DNA of 63,280 bases, filler included, from Octopus bimaculoides (lineage: Eukaryota), in NCBI RefSeq assembly GCF_001194135.2. It is 7 parts of 7 records of this genome, joined end to end, with 100 filler letters (N's around TTAATTAATTAA, not from the genome) between each part and the next. Parts side by side here need not be neighbours in the genome. Positions count along the whole stretch, not along the records: positions 1 to 12,803 come from NC_069001.1; positions 12,904 to 25,762 come from NC_068981.1; positions 25,863 to 39,696 come from NC_068989.1; 4 more parts are not named here. One strand, written 5' to 3'. A program made the translations under genes and the position numbers. Positions within the stretch are counted from its first letter, which is position 1. Each line of letters begins with the position of its first letter. Below the pieces are notes generated by a model. It was not told the DNA's origin and did no database searches. It saw nothing but the letters and a program-made list of their open reading frames with translations. Positions 12,749-26,168 of this stretch are shown here, piece by piece.

Positions 12749-13789
12749 TGTATATATATAGATTAATGAATATGAACATAATTAATTATCTAAATAAAAT
12801 ATANNNNNNNNNNNNNNNNNNNNNNNNNNNNNNNNNNNNNNNNNNNNTTAATTAATTAANNNNNNNNNNNNNNNNNNNNNNNNNNNNNNNNNNNNNNNNN
12901 NNNATATATAATGATAAGTTGACGATGGTTGAGAGAGTGGCAGATTTGTCGATCTAAATGTTGAGTTATTTCTCGTAGCAAGTTATATTTTTTATTATTT
13001 ACGAACGACATTGTCTGTGGGATGCTAAATCAAATTCGTTTTTCTCGACGATACACCGTTTCAGAGCCTATTTGTGCTAAACATACATAGATAACTACAT
13101 TCACTTGTATATTCACTTCTATATAGCAGACATATTATCGGCTTCCTCTTCGCACAACAACTGAAATCCTAAAATCATACAACTATATCCAGCCCCACTC
13201 CAACAGTACACTTTTAACTACTGAAATGCCATATAGGGCAAACGTTTTACGTTTTGCTTTTCGCAAGTAATGACGGATCAACCACAAACGTCAGGAAAAT
13301 ATGAAACAATTTTATGTGAGTCAAATCGAATACCTCTACATTCATTAACACGATGCCTGAAGGAAAACTGAATCTCTGTGCCCCACTATGTCTGTTGCAT
13401 ATGAGAGATGCGCTACTAACAGGAATTGTTGTCTATAAATTTACTTCATAATTCAATAGAAAGCAAAATTGAAAACAAGACCTAGCTGAAAGGCTCCAAG
13501 TTTTAAAGGACGAAGCGAGATCACTTAATGTTTCATGAGAGATAATATCAAATTATTGCTATTGGAATCATTTTTCCCTGGTTAGCGTCATACGCCTGAA
13601 CAATTATGGAAAATTGACGTGAGGACCGCCCAAATTATTTGTTGCTTCGTGTTTATGATTTTGGACTTAGTGCTTCTAATATACAATAGTCAATTCACCG
13701 ATTAATTCAACTAAATATTAACTGAATGTACGTTCGCAAAACTCTATGTTGAGCAGAGATAATCGTAAACTTATCTCCCATTATAATAT

Positions 13790-13950
13790 ATTATGTATGT
13801 ATGTATGTATGCATGTATGCATGTATGTATGTATGTATGCATGTCTGCATGTATGTATGTATGTCTGCATGTATGTATGCATGCATGCATGTATGTATGT
13901 ATGTATGTATGTATGTATGTATGTATGTATACATGCATGCAAGTATGTAT
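13790..13950. repeat. (ATGT)n/(ATGC)n tetranucleotide microsatellite
   Basis: Direct reading. Confidence 0.9.
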
Positions 13951-14089
13951 GTTCTCTTCTATTTTTGATTATTCAAATTTTTCCTCTGCGGAAGGAGCTT
14001 GTTTCTCACAACGATACAAAGCTCCATCATTAGAGTGGGGATAACAAAACTCAATATCTTATTTAAAACCTGAGGCAAGTCTTGCATAT

Positions 14090-14870
14090 TTTTTACTACT
14101 CCACTTACATATTGTATTTCAAATGTGCGAGTTGGTTGGTTGATTACTTGTTCTGAAAACCCTATTTATTCACAAAACCAATACCACCAATTATTATTGG
14201 TGCAAATGTGAATTTATAATCTTGAGAGAGATTTCGAAGCAGTTGCCTATAGTTATCCGCTTTCGCTTTGATTTGCAAAGAGGTATTCACATCATCAGGA
14301 CAGCTGACCTTTATAGCAGTGCATACTTATTCTTATACATGCCAAACAACAATATCCGGCCTGTTATATTTATACTTGACAGATGTTGTGAGGAGAATGG
14401 TACACTAGTATTCCTTGTGTTGATGGTTGTGCATGTATCCAATAACAAGAAGAGTCTCTATATTTATTCCAGGAGTCTTTTTGTTTAATTGCACTCCATA
14501 TAGTTTTGACGATAATATCGTGTCATATAGGTAAGTAGTACCTAGATGACATTTTTGGGCAGATGCTAGTCACATGTGTAATGTCTTCCACATAAATATG
14601 ACATAATCTACATTTTCCGTTATATCTTGGAGCTCCAGGAGCTTCACTGTCTCTTTTGCTTATTAAATTCTTCGAAGCAATCTCCTGTTCTTGGATTACA
14701 AATAAATAGCCTTCGAAGTGCGATATGATGTGGCGTTCACGAGTCCAAGAGATACTTCGCTGCATGTCAATATTACTGTCTTCTTCGAGTCTTCAGGAAA
14801 AATACCGATGCATAATCTCTCTTTTTTATTTTGGAATTTTGAGCGTTTCACAACCGGGTCCTCTTTGAGA
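14090..14870 (-). mobile_element. R4/Dong-like LINE 3' coding remnant, divergent subfamily
   Basis: ISHFEGYLFVIQEQEIASKNLISKRDSEAPGAPRYNGKCRLCHIYVEDITHVTSICPKMSSRYYLP (CCHC knuckle), followed by RLE-like VSCPDDVN. Confidence 0.8.
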
Positions 14871-14936
14871 TATATTAGTATGTATGCATGTATGTATATA
14901 TGTATATGCACATGTGTAAGTGTATATATGTGTGTG

Positions 14937-14975
<39 letters not shown>

Positions 14976-16203
14976 NNNNNNNNNNNNNNNNNNNNNNNNN
15001 NNNNNNNNNNNNNNNNNNNNNNNNNNNNNNNNNNNNNNNNNNNNNNNNNNNNNNNNNNNNNNNNNNNNNNNNNNNNNNNNNNNNNNNNNNNNNNNNNNNN
15101 NNNNNNNNNNNNNNNNNNNNNNNNNNNNNNNNNNNNNNNNNNNNNNNNNNNNNNNNNNNNNNNNNNNNNNNNNNNNNNNNNNNNNNNNNNNNNNNNNNNN
15201 NNNNNNNNNNNNNNNNNNNNNNNNNNNNNNNNNNNNNNNNNNNNNNNNNNNNNNNNNNNNNNNNNNNNNNNNNNNNNNNNNNNNNNNNNNNNNNNNNNNN
15301 NNNNNNNNNNNNNNNNNNNNNNNNNNNNNNNNNNNNNNNNNNNNNNNNNNNNNNNNNNNNNNNNNNNNNNNNNNNNNNNNNNNNNNNNNNNNNNNNNNNN
15401 NNNNNNNNNNNNNNNNNNNNNNNNNNNNNNNNNNNNNNNNNNNNNNNNNNNNNNNNNNNNNNNNNNNNNNNNNNNNNNNNNNNNNNNNNNNNNNNNNNNN
15501 NNNNNNNNNNNNNNNNNNNNNNNNNNNNNNNNNNNNNNNNNNNNNNNNNNNNNNNNNNNNNNNNNNNNNNNNNNNNNNNATATATATATATATATATATA
15601 ATATACATGCATATATGCATATGTATGTATATAATAAATATAATATATACTATTTATGCATATAAGTTTGTATGTGTGCAAATATTTGTGTGGTTAAATT
15701 TGTATGTGAGAATATTTCGTAACAGTTGCAGAAAGAAATTGCAGTCGCTGCAGTCGTTATGATCCATTTTCCCTTCATATGATAGAAACGAATGCTGTTA
15801 TAATTTAATTTTCAAGTATTGTTGCTTCACATCCCACCTAGATCCAAATCTAACTCATACCCTAAATTCAAATTAATGGACAGCCAATATTCAAATATAT
15901 TTCTATTTGTCCTTTGCGACTTTTGCTATGATTTCAATGATAGAATTCCAATATCCTCAATATTTGTCATTAACTTCTTATCACTACAGTCTATTTCGAA
16001 TCGGTTGCAAGAAAAATGAATAAATATGAAGCTACCTTCATATGAATCTGGTTGAAAAATTAATACCAATGGAGGTATGATAGGATTTTAATGAATCAAT
16101 TAATATTCACACTATTTCGTTTTCTATTACATTAATATTTGCCAAGGGTTTGATTCTATTATCGTTGTCTCTGTGCAACTTTAAACGAAAAATAAACATA
16201 GCC

Positions 16204-16270
16204 ATACTACTACTACTACTGCTACTACTACTATTACTACTACTACTAATAATAATAATAATAATAATAA

Positions 16271-16301
<31 letters not shown>

Positions 16302-16334
16302 AAGAAGAAGAAGAAGAAGAAGAAGAAGAAGAAG

Positions 16335-16374
<40 letters not shown>

Positions 16375-16440
16375 GCAACAACAATAACAACAACAACAAA
16401 GACGTTTGATGATTATAGTGACGGTGATGATGATGATAAG
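16204..16440. repeat. Compound microsatellite (TAC)n(TAA)n(GAA)n(CAA)n(GAT)n
   Basis: Direct reading. Confidence 0.95.
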
Positions 16441-17713
16441 CAGAGAAATATATTTATTCACTAAGCTACGTTTTCTTCCTTTCTTTTTTTTTCTTTTTTG
16501 TCTGAATACTTGATAAGCATTAACCGCTTTTACATAAATCAAATTAATTCGATCAGAAATGATCAGTAAAAATTCATGACAGTGTACGTTAGATGAATGA
16601 AATTGATGTTTCTGAAGTACAAGTTCATAGGGAGTTTGAAAATTCAGTTTTGATTTTAAATTGGAAATATAAATAAATTCCTTAAACGGAAAATATCTCA
16701 GGTAAAACAGATGTGCCGAAAGAGGGTACATGGAAAATGAAAATACAAAGCGAAACAAAACAAAGAAAATAAACTCGCTTATTCTATGTAGAACTCGGCA
16801 TGCAAACTGAAATTCAATTTCTTTTCAAAATTTCTTTTCAAAATGTTAACGAAATATTTTTAAAAATTGCTTCTTTGAAAAACTTCCTATCAAACTTTTA
16901 CGTTTTCTGATCATTCTCATCATTCCGATCATATATTTTTTTTAAATGTAATTTGTGTGCTGTAATACATAATATCAAAGAACCCCTAACCACATAAATG
17001 AATTTTCCATTTCAGATTTTATAAAGTAATTAAGTCATTTCATCCATCTGTTATAATATATGGTAAGCTATTCTATTACAGGTCAGTACGCATGTACAAA
17101 AGATTTCGTAATTTCATTGCAAAAAAAAAGAAAGAAGGAGTTTCTAAGAAATGTCTGATGACTATTAATTTGAAAATAAAACAAAAACTTTGTACTTCGC
17201 AACAGAAAATACAATTTTTTTCATTCTTTCTGATAGGGACGTATCATAGTTGTTCAAATAAGCAGGTATTTTCTTTCTTCTGAAGTCAAGTATGATTGTG
17301 TAACCCGTAAATTCTTCAAGTACTCTGAAAATTTAGTACTTCGCAACACAAAATATAGCTTTTTAAAAATATATCATTCTTTCTATTAGAGATTTACAAT
17401 AGTTCAAATAGTTCTCGGGAAGAGTTGCATTGTAGTGTAAATCATTGTAATCATTGTTATTTGTCCATCGCTCTTTTTCGGTTTTGCTATTTGTTTAGGC
17501 ATTGACATTAGGCGATGGGTCCATCTTTACAGCGTTCACTTTCTGACAAAATACTGCCTCTGAACGTATGTTGAAGTTACTTTTGTATAGTCATTATCCG
17601 AGGCTCACTAGACAAAATAGATTACTATTACTTTCTCTTGTATTCTTTTTCACCGAACACTGATCATAGTTATTCCTTTCCAATTCAGAGGAATGAAGCT
17701 TCTCGCCTCTTGC

Positions 17714-17766
<53 letters not shown>

Positions 17767-18300
17767 GAGTGAAAGAGCAGTGCATGCCATTAAAGTGACA
17801 CTGGAGTAAAATATAAGCCCAGTATAGCCATCATGACAACCCGTTTGATAATGGTACACCAGGTACGTGGTTCACAACGATGTGTGCGCAACATAGTGAT
17901 CTCATATCAAGATAAACAGCGCATGAGCCTGCAGGTGAGCCTAGTTAGAATTTACCTCAGGTCAGGTAGCCCATCCCGCTCATAAGTTCCCTGAATAAGG
18001 GTTGTTGAACGAAGCACCCATGTTTTCTGAGGTGAATTTCCAAACCCCAAAAAATTCCTCTCAACACAAGGCTATAATGCTACCCCACTACTTCTGCTCG
18101 TGATCAGAGATGCAAATATCGTCAGACAGTAAGGGACATGCTCAACTGGTTACGGTCCAGCAACTAACAAGCAAATCTGCGGCAGTAAGCAGAATATTTG
18201 CTGTAGCTCATCTTTTATACCAAGACAAAACAATGTACATGATAACACTTCCAATCAATTAAGATCAGAAGCCATGAGAGCCACTGTCAGATACTACATG
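17767..18300 (-). mobile_element. ~540-bp non-coding interspersed repeat ('element X') embedded in (TAA)n
   Basis: Homologous copies at 20328-21121 and 29019-29415. No ORF recognised. Complete 3' ends run ...ctctcactc into (AAT)n. Confidence 0.8.
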
Positions 18301-18377
<77 letters not shown>

Positions 18378-18379
<2 letters not shown>

Positions 18380-18812
18380 GTTTGACTTTTGCTTTGCATT
18401 TGTACAAGTTGGATCCAAGTCTCACCCAGAGACCTCAAGAGACAAGTTAGAAGTCCATGTTGGTGTTACGCCTAGGGTGCCATATATTTGGTATTGTACA
18501 TAGTGTTATTCTAGAGTATGTTTAAGAAACCATAAGAAAATTATGTTTGTTTTAAAATTTGAGATTACATAGACAGTATTTTAGGTAGGATATGGACAGT
18601 TTCCATGAGCACTATCTTCTGAATTTCTGCCATTTTGGGGTTTACTGGTGTCTGAACTGTGTAGCAATGAGCCCCTTTTGCTATCATTCCTAGGGCATTC
18701 CTATTATTATTAATTTTAATATCTTTATTATTATTATTATTATTATTATTTTATGTTTGACTTTTGTTTTGCATTTGTACAAGTTGGATCCAAGTCTCAC
18801 CCAGAGACCTCA
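18378..18812 (-). mobile_element. R4/Dong-like LINE 3' end (18378-18712) plus a second partial 3' end (18752-18812)
   Basis: High similarity to 2726-3050 (tttgcatttgtacaagttggatccaagtctcacccagagacctc...), each abutting (TTA)n. Confidence 0.85.
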
Positions 18813-19459
18813 NNNNNNNNNNTTATTATTATTATTATTATTATTGCCTTGAAAAAACATTTATTGCCACTTGCAGCCTTTTCATTTGTAATTTCAAATC
18901 AATCTACTTCATAGCAGTAACTAGCTACAGTAGATCCTAACTTATTAGAAATATATTCATTTTATCTTTTTTTGTCTTGTCTTGATAACTTCTTATCTTT
19001 CAAAATGGACAAATTTGCGAAAGGCCTCAGCAGAATCATCTTTAACAAAAGCGAGTTTATTCTTATTGACAACATAGTTGGATATTACAGTCTGAAGTGT
19101 GAAAATTGATGTCATCTGTAATTCCAAGAAGCTAACATCCAATAGAGACGTATTTCACACTCCACAATTCGCCTGTTGAGTCGATCTTTCACATGTTCAG
19201 GTGTCTACTACTTACCAAATCGATGCACGAAGCAACCATAATCTTACATCACTCTTCTATTAAGTAATTAACTTAACATTGTGTGTTACAGGAAAATTAC
19301 TACTGGTAGAGACGAACAAAACTATGATTTGCACTCACACCCTTGCTCAAAACAAGATCACTTAAATTTAGAAGCACAGACGACATAGTCATGTATGTAT
19401 GTATTTATGTACGTACGTATATACACACTGTAGTAGCAGCAGCAGCAGCAACAGTAGTG

Positions 19460-19505
<46 letters not shown>

Positions 19506-20232
19506 CAGGAGCAGCAGCAGCTTTGGTTCAGCAGCAGCATATTAATTTTACAATAATGAACATCGTAATTGATATATGCGAATGTACATATCACATATTA
19601 ACAACCAGCTAAATTAAACTAGAAACAATTTTGCTTCTTTTAGTTTGTGTGCGTAAAATTTACCAAATATCTAAGAAGAATTTAAAATAACTTTCAATAG
19701 CTGAAGGCGTTGAGTCTGTAATTTGGTTTTTAATAGCTATGTCTCCAATTAAACACGAGAGTGATTACTTCGCATAATTAGGATCTCTTATTGCTGTCCT
19801 TTATATCTCATTTGACTGTGTAAATCAAAATTGAACAAGAGAATCAGTTGGAAAGTGAATGAGCGTTCATTTTTCTCTGATATTGAGAAGGTAAAAAATA
19901 GCATTTAGACTAATAAAAAACATGCAGTGCAAGAAATAGTGAAGATATTGAATGTAAGAAAGTTCTTCAGAAGGTTGAAGAAATGAATAAAAGTAAAGAC
20001 ATAGAATGGACAAATTACAAAATATATAAATAAATGTATCAGCAAAACAAAGAATCCGTTTGAATTGGCTGTAGATGAAATGGTTTTAGATTTAGAAAGA
20101 AATAGTAAAATCTAGATGTGAAAGGTCTATTTGAAATCTAAAGTTAAAATGCATACAAAGGATGGGGAATATTTGAGAACCACAGTGCATAGTTCATCGA
20201 TTCTGAAATGAATGGCAAAGTCAACCTCGGTG

Positions 20233-20304
<72 letters not shown>

Positions 20305-20327
20305 TGATGATGATGATGATGATGATG

Positions 20328-21121
20328 CCGTGATGCCGTGATGCAATACGAGATACTGGCTCTCATGGCTCCTGATCTTAACCGTAAAAGATGGGCTACA
20401 GCAAATATTCTGCTCAATATCACAGATTTGCTTGTCAGTTGTTTGACCATGACCAGTTGAGCATGTCCTTTGGTGGCTGACAATATGTGCATCACTGATC
20501 ACAAGAAGAAATAATGGAGAAGTATCATAGCCATGTGTTGATATGAATTCTTTGGAGCTTAAATACTTCACCTGAAGAAACATTGGTGTTCCGTTCGATA
20601 TCCTTAAAAAAATTTTACCCAGGGACCTTTTGAGCGGGATGGGCTACTCAACAAGAAGAAAATTCTAACTGGGTCCCACGAGCATGGTCATTCGCTATTT
20701 ATCTTGATATGAAATTACCATACATTATTTACATTATTTACATTTGATGGATATTTGTCCTCATTTTTTGTTGTTGTTATTACGTTTCGGCTGATATACC
20801 CTCTAGCCTTCATCAGGTGTCTTGGGGAAATTTCGAACCTGGGTTCTCATTCTTAAGGTATTTTTCCATGTTGTTATTATTTTTATCATTATTATTCGGG
20901 TCATTGCTTGGAATCGAACTCGGAATCTTGGGGTTAGTAGCCTGCGCTCTTAACCAGTACGCCATATGCTCGTGGGCATATGGCGCAAATTCCTCATTTC
21001 TTAAATATAGAACTATGAAGTTACCATTTCACGCATCAAACGGTTAATAATGACGGGTATATTGGGCTTCGTATGTTAATACCCAAGTGTCCCTTTGATA
21101 GCATGCATTGGTCTCTCACTC
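20328..21121 (+). mobile_element. Element X copy interrupted by a hammerhead-SINE
   Basis: X sequence at 20328-20720 and 21050-21121 flanks the SINE at 20722-21013. Confidence 0.75.
20722..21013 (-). mobile_element. tRNA-headed SINE, family H (hammerhead-containing tail), with inverted 3'-end copy at its 5' side
   Basis: Minus strand: GCATATGGCGTACTGGTTAAGAGCGC...GAGTTCGATTCC (A/B boxes), short (TAA)n, tail containing CTGATGAAGGCTA...CAGCCGAAACG. 20988-21013 is the element's own 3' terminus in + orientation. Confidence 0.8.
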
Positions 21122-21171
<50 letters not shown>

Positions 21172-21182
21172 TAATAATGATG

Positions 21183-21251
<69 letters not shown>

Positions 21252-22593
21252 GCTGGTTTGAAAGGGAAAGAGAAAGGAAGTTGAATAAACTACAAATAAA
21301 GCGTCATATCAAAAAGTCCTTACATACATTCATACACACGCGCGCATACACACACCTACACACACACACCTACACACACACACATGCATACACATAAACA
21401 CATGTGCTTGCATGTATTAATGAATGAATAAACGCATATGTGTATGTAAATATCTATAGGTTAAGCAGATGGTAAAAAATGTTAAAAGAAGGAAATTCTC
21501 GTCGCGTCCAAAAGCTTACAAAAAGCATCACGAAAATTCCCTGTATAGACACCGCAAATGGCGGAAACAAGTTGACATATTAAAATGTTGGTTATAAAAA
21601 GGGAGAGGAAGACTTCTCACCTCGTAACAATAAAGGGAAATTTAAATAAAATAAAGGGAATAATAAAGGAAAAGTGTTTATGAGAAAACAAATGTTGCTT
21701 CTAAACAAAATGGCGCCGACGGCAATTTTAAAAGGAAGTTAATTGAAAACAATAAAACGAAGATAGATTGATTGTTAAAAACTATGCATTAAATAAATAT
21801 TGACATTCTTTAAATAATGAATGGGCTAAATTCAATGTAGTGTGTTTTGAAGAATGAATGAATAAATGAATATCTGAACAGATGAATGAACCGCTAGAAG
21901 AATGAAGAAAAGAAAGTAGGAAAAGAAGAAAGTATTATCGAGAAAAATGACAAGAAAATCTAGAAAGAAAAGAATTGATGACTTAAATTTTGAGCATTAA
22001 GCCTGTTAACAGTAGACAGCAGCATCAACAGTCTCCAGTCAAAGACAAATTTTGATAAGTACTGTTTAAGGAATTATATTTTAATTTTTATTTTTACTAG
22101 TTTCTCACCGGGCAGTAGCCAATCTTGGGCACCACATTGAGGGGTTCATTTGAAGAAATCAACTCCAGTATTTATGTATTCTTGAAGTATGATACGTAAA
22201 AACATTAACAGAGGTTGTTAAGGGGATCAACACAAACACAAATGCACCTTAATAAATAAATTAGAGACCAAATAACGCGTGTCTAATCCTTATATATTAT
22301 GATTTTTCAAGCGCAGGCACAATCGGCAGAAAATAAAAAATAAAAAATTCCGATTAAACTTCAGAAATTGCTAAATTCATTTCTTAAATTTATATAGTGT
22401 AGGAAAAAATTGTAGAATTTTTTTTTCTACCAGTGGCCTAGTATGTATAAATAGTCAATAGACATATTTTTCATATAAGAATTAGTGTACATTTATATAC
22501 AAACAGGGTGTGGTTTGGACTCTTTGATTGTTCTTTCTAGTATGTTAGGCAACCTGTTAAAAGGTTGTCTCGTTGTGTATAAATGGACATTAA

Positions 22594-22635
<42 letters not shown>

Positions 22636-22636
<1 letters not shown>

Positions 22637-22795
22637 TCTTCTCAGTACATGAGTCTTTCCAGTTAACACGATTTTTTGCACTTCCTGCAGGGATGGTAAA
22701 CCTGGTATCATTTTCAAATAGGTTTCAGTACCTTTTTTTTTATCATTCCTAGAGATCCTACAATCACTGGTACGGCAGTCGCCTTGAGGTGCCAC
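22636..22795 (-). mobile_element. R4/Dong-like LINE extreme 3' coding end
   Basis: ...KKGTETYLKMIPGLPSLQEVQKIVLTGKTHVLRRA, a typical RLE-LINE C-terminus. Confidence 0.8.
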
Positions 22796-22855
22796 AGGTC
22801 ACTGCCTGGAATCGAACTCGGAATCTTGGGGTTAGTAGCCCGTGATTTTAACAAC
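22796..22855 (-). mobile_element. Family H tRNA-like head fused directly to the LINE fragment
   Basis: aggtcactgcctggaatcgaactcggaatcttggggttagtagccc matches the head at 20900-20970. Confidence 0.8.
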
Positions 22856-22976
22856 TGAGTCTCTACATCTACACGGGAAAGTTAGATGATTTGAATGACG
22901 AGCTAGTTTTTGATGGAGTTTCCCTATATGTCTCCATTGAAGTCTAATGTCGGCTCCGTACCGATTAGATAATGCA

Positions 22977-23093
22977 GTTCTATATTTAAGAGATGTGGAA
23001 TTATGTACATTATTTACATTATTTACATTTGACAGTTAAGAGCTTTGGCTACAATCCACAAAATTCCGAGTTCGATTCCAGGCAGTGGCCTGG

Positions 23094-23095
<2 letters not shown>
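22977..23095 (+). mobile_element. Family H: inverted 3' tail (22977-23033) joined to a + strand tRNA head (23034-23095)
   Basis: gttctatatttaagagatg...ttacatttgac, then agttaagagc...gagttcgattccaggcagtggcctg, then (TAA)n. Confidence 0.75.
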
Positions 23096-23157
<62 letters not shown>

Positions 23158-23163
23158 TATTAA

Positions 23164-23199
<36 letters not shown>

Positions 23200-23257
23200 C
23201 AGCAGCAGCAGCAGCAGCATTAGTAGTANNNNNNNNNNGCAGCAGCAGCAGCAGCAT

Positions 23258-24060
<803 letters not shown>

Positions 24061-24232
24061 TCGGAGAGATTCAGAAAAAATATCTGAGATCTTAGGGGAT
24101 TAAAGTATATTTCTATATATATAAAGATGACCACTAAAGTGGACATTTAATGTGCTAGAAATAGACCACATGTTGTGGTCTTAGTAGACACAAAATATGG
24201 TCTATTTNNNNNNNNNNAGAAAGAAAGAAAGC

Positions 24233-24304
<72 letters not shown>

Positions 24305-24959
24305 GTGTGCGTCAGAAATATAAAGTTAAAATTTACTTGCAAATGGGCGCGTAGCGTTCGATAATATAATAATACAAATGATATGTGAGCATATGCATAT
24401 ATACATACATATATGTACATACCCATATCTACATGTATATATAGATGCATATCCGGGTACAGGACGTCAAAAAAACGGGGACAAAAAAGGAACGGGAACA
24501 TAAACAAAGCAGGCACAGGATGTCACAGAACGTAAACAATAAAAAATACGAAAATATGGAATACGAAATACGAATACATGGAATATGAACTTTTTTGTGA
24601 ACAACGAAGAAAACAAGACACGCAACATAAAGAACGACCCTTCATCAGTTGTCAGCTGTTTTGCTAATCTGTATTTCGAGCATTTCAGGACAAGTTACGC
24701 CTTCGATAAAACAGTTGCTCCCGCAAAGCAAATTAAATAAAATGTGAGAATTCGCGGAGGGTCAAAATGGGTAACAAAAACAGGACAGTGAAAACTAACT
24801 AGAAATTTGCTAAGCCTAAACGAAGTGAATTAGCGAACACGAAGAAGCAATCTTGGACAGGAGACAGACAAGAATACGTCAGATTCGTCCAGCTGTATCA
24901 GGAGGAAAAAACGAAATACATGTTTGGGAAAGAAAGCTGGATGTAGCTATTTGTAAACA

Positions 24960-25330
24960 CCGTCGCTACGCTGCCGGTAAAAAGATTTTTTTAATCATAC
25001 ACGTAAAAAATTTAAGACCTCCTTCTGTTACGAATGACCATTTGATTGCACTAAGAAAGTTCCCTTCCGGGGTCCAATTTCGGGCAAGGATGTTTGTGGA
25101 AGACAAGCAGTCGCCCATGCATACCAGTCCTCCCTCTACGTTACTGATGTTGTCCAAGGGAGAGGCAAAGGCCGATACAGCCTGGAACCAGTGACGTCGC
25201 AACTCATTTCTACAGCTCAGTGATCTACGGCAACGTAGAATAAAGTGTCTATCTCAAGAACACAATACACAGCCCTGTCTGCAAATCAAACTCACAACCT
25301 CACGACGCCCTGACCACTGGGCCGTGAGCC
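24960..25330 (-). mobile_element. tRNA-derived SINE, family C
   Basis: Reverse complement has gggctgtgtattgtgttcttgagatagacactttatt...cactgagctgtagaaatgag, matching the head and core of 35335-35660. Confidence 0.65.
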
Positions 25331-25414
25331 GTAGACTGGAGGTGGGAGTCTCGTTGGTGACTACAGTGACAGTAGGTTACCTATCTTTTATATGTCATCT
25401 TTCATCTTTTACTT

Positions 25415-25710
25415 TTTTCAGTCATTTTGGTGAAGCCATGCTGGAGCACGGCCTTGGAGGGTTTTCGTAGAATAAATAAACCTCAGGACTTATTTTTAAA
25501 GCCTAGAACTATTTTCCATTGAACTCTTTTGCCGAACCGCGAAGTTACAGGGATGTAAACACACCTACATCAGTTGTCAAGTGATAGTGGGTGACAAACA
25601 CAGATACAAAGACATGCAGATAGATATATATACCTACCTACCTACATACCTACCTATCTACCTACCTACCTACCTACCTACCTACCTACCTACCTACCTA
25701 CATACATACA

Positions 25711-25762
<52 letters not shown>

Positions 25763-25862
25763 NNNNNNNNNNNNNNNNNNNNNNNNNNNNNNNNNNNNNN
25801 NNNNNNTTAATTAATTAANNNNNNNNNNNNNNNNNNNNNNNNNNNNNNNNNNNNNNNNNNNN

Positions 25863-25918
<56 letters not shown>

Positions 25919-26168
25919 ACATATATATGTGTATACGACGGGTTTCACGAAGACACACACACACACACACACTGATATACATATGCATATATTTTTTATA
26001 TATATATACGATGGGCTTCTTTCAGTTTCCATTATTCAAATCCACTCACAAGGCTTTGGTCGGGCCGAGGCTAAAGTAGAAGACACTTACGAAGGTGCCA
26101 CGCAGTGGGACTGAACCCGGAACCATGTGGTTGGTAAACAAGCTACTTACCACAACCACTCCTGCGCA
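25415..26168 (-). mobile_element. Family B SINE spanning an expanded internal microsatellite and a gap
   Basis: Tail reverse complement at 25415-25610; head reverse complement gggcttctttcagtttcc...ggactgaacccggaaccatgtgg...accactcctgcgc at 26010-26168. Confidence 0.8.

Noticed and set aside
12848-12859. Recurrent TTAATTAATTAA between N-runs (also 25807, 39741, 58861, 60503, 62044)
   Set aside because: Where counted (12.8 and 25.8 kb) it is centred in a 44N+12+44N = 100-bp gap, and it has stops in all six frames. This is a scaffolding linker, not biology.
15825-15910. Minus-strand EYWLSINLNLGYELDLDLGG resembling NTPDase ACR3/ACR4
   Set aside because: Opposite strand to the NTPDase exons, spacing too short, flanked by in-frame stops, and no convincing splice sites.
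20900-20970. tRNA gene calls for SINE heads
   Set aside because: A/B boxes are present, but acceptor and anticodon stems are imperfect and the heads run into repeat bodies; treated as SINE heads.
24630-24690. Minus-strand CUGAUGA with an upstream CGAAA as a hammerhead
   Set aside because: Could not build stem II or stems I/III in either the type I or type II arrangement.
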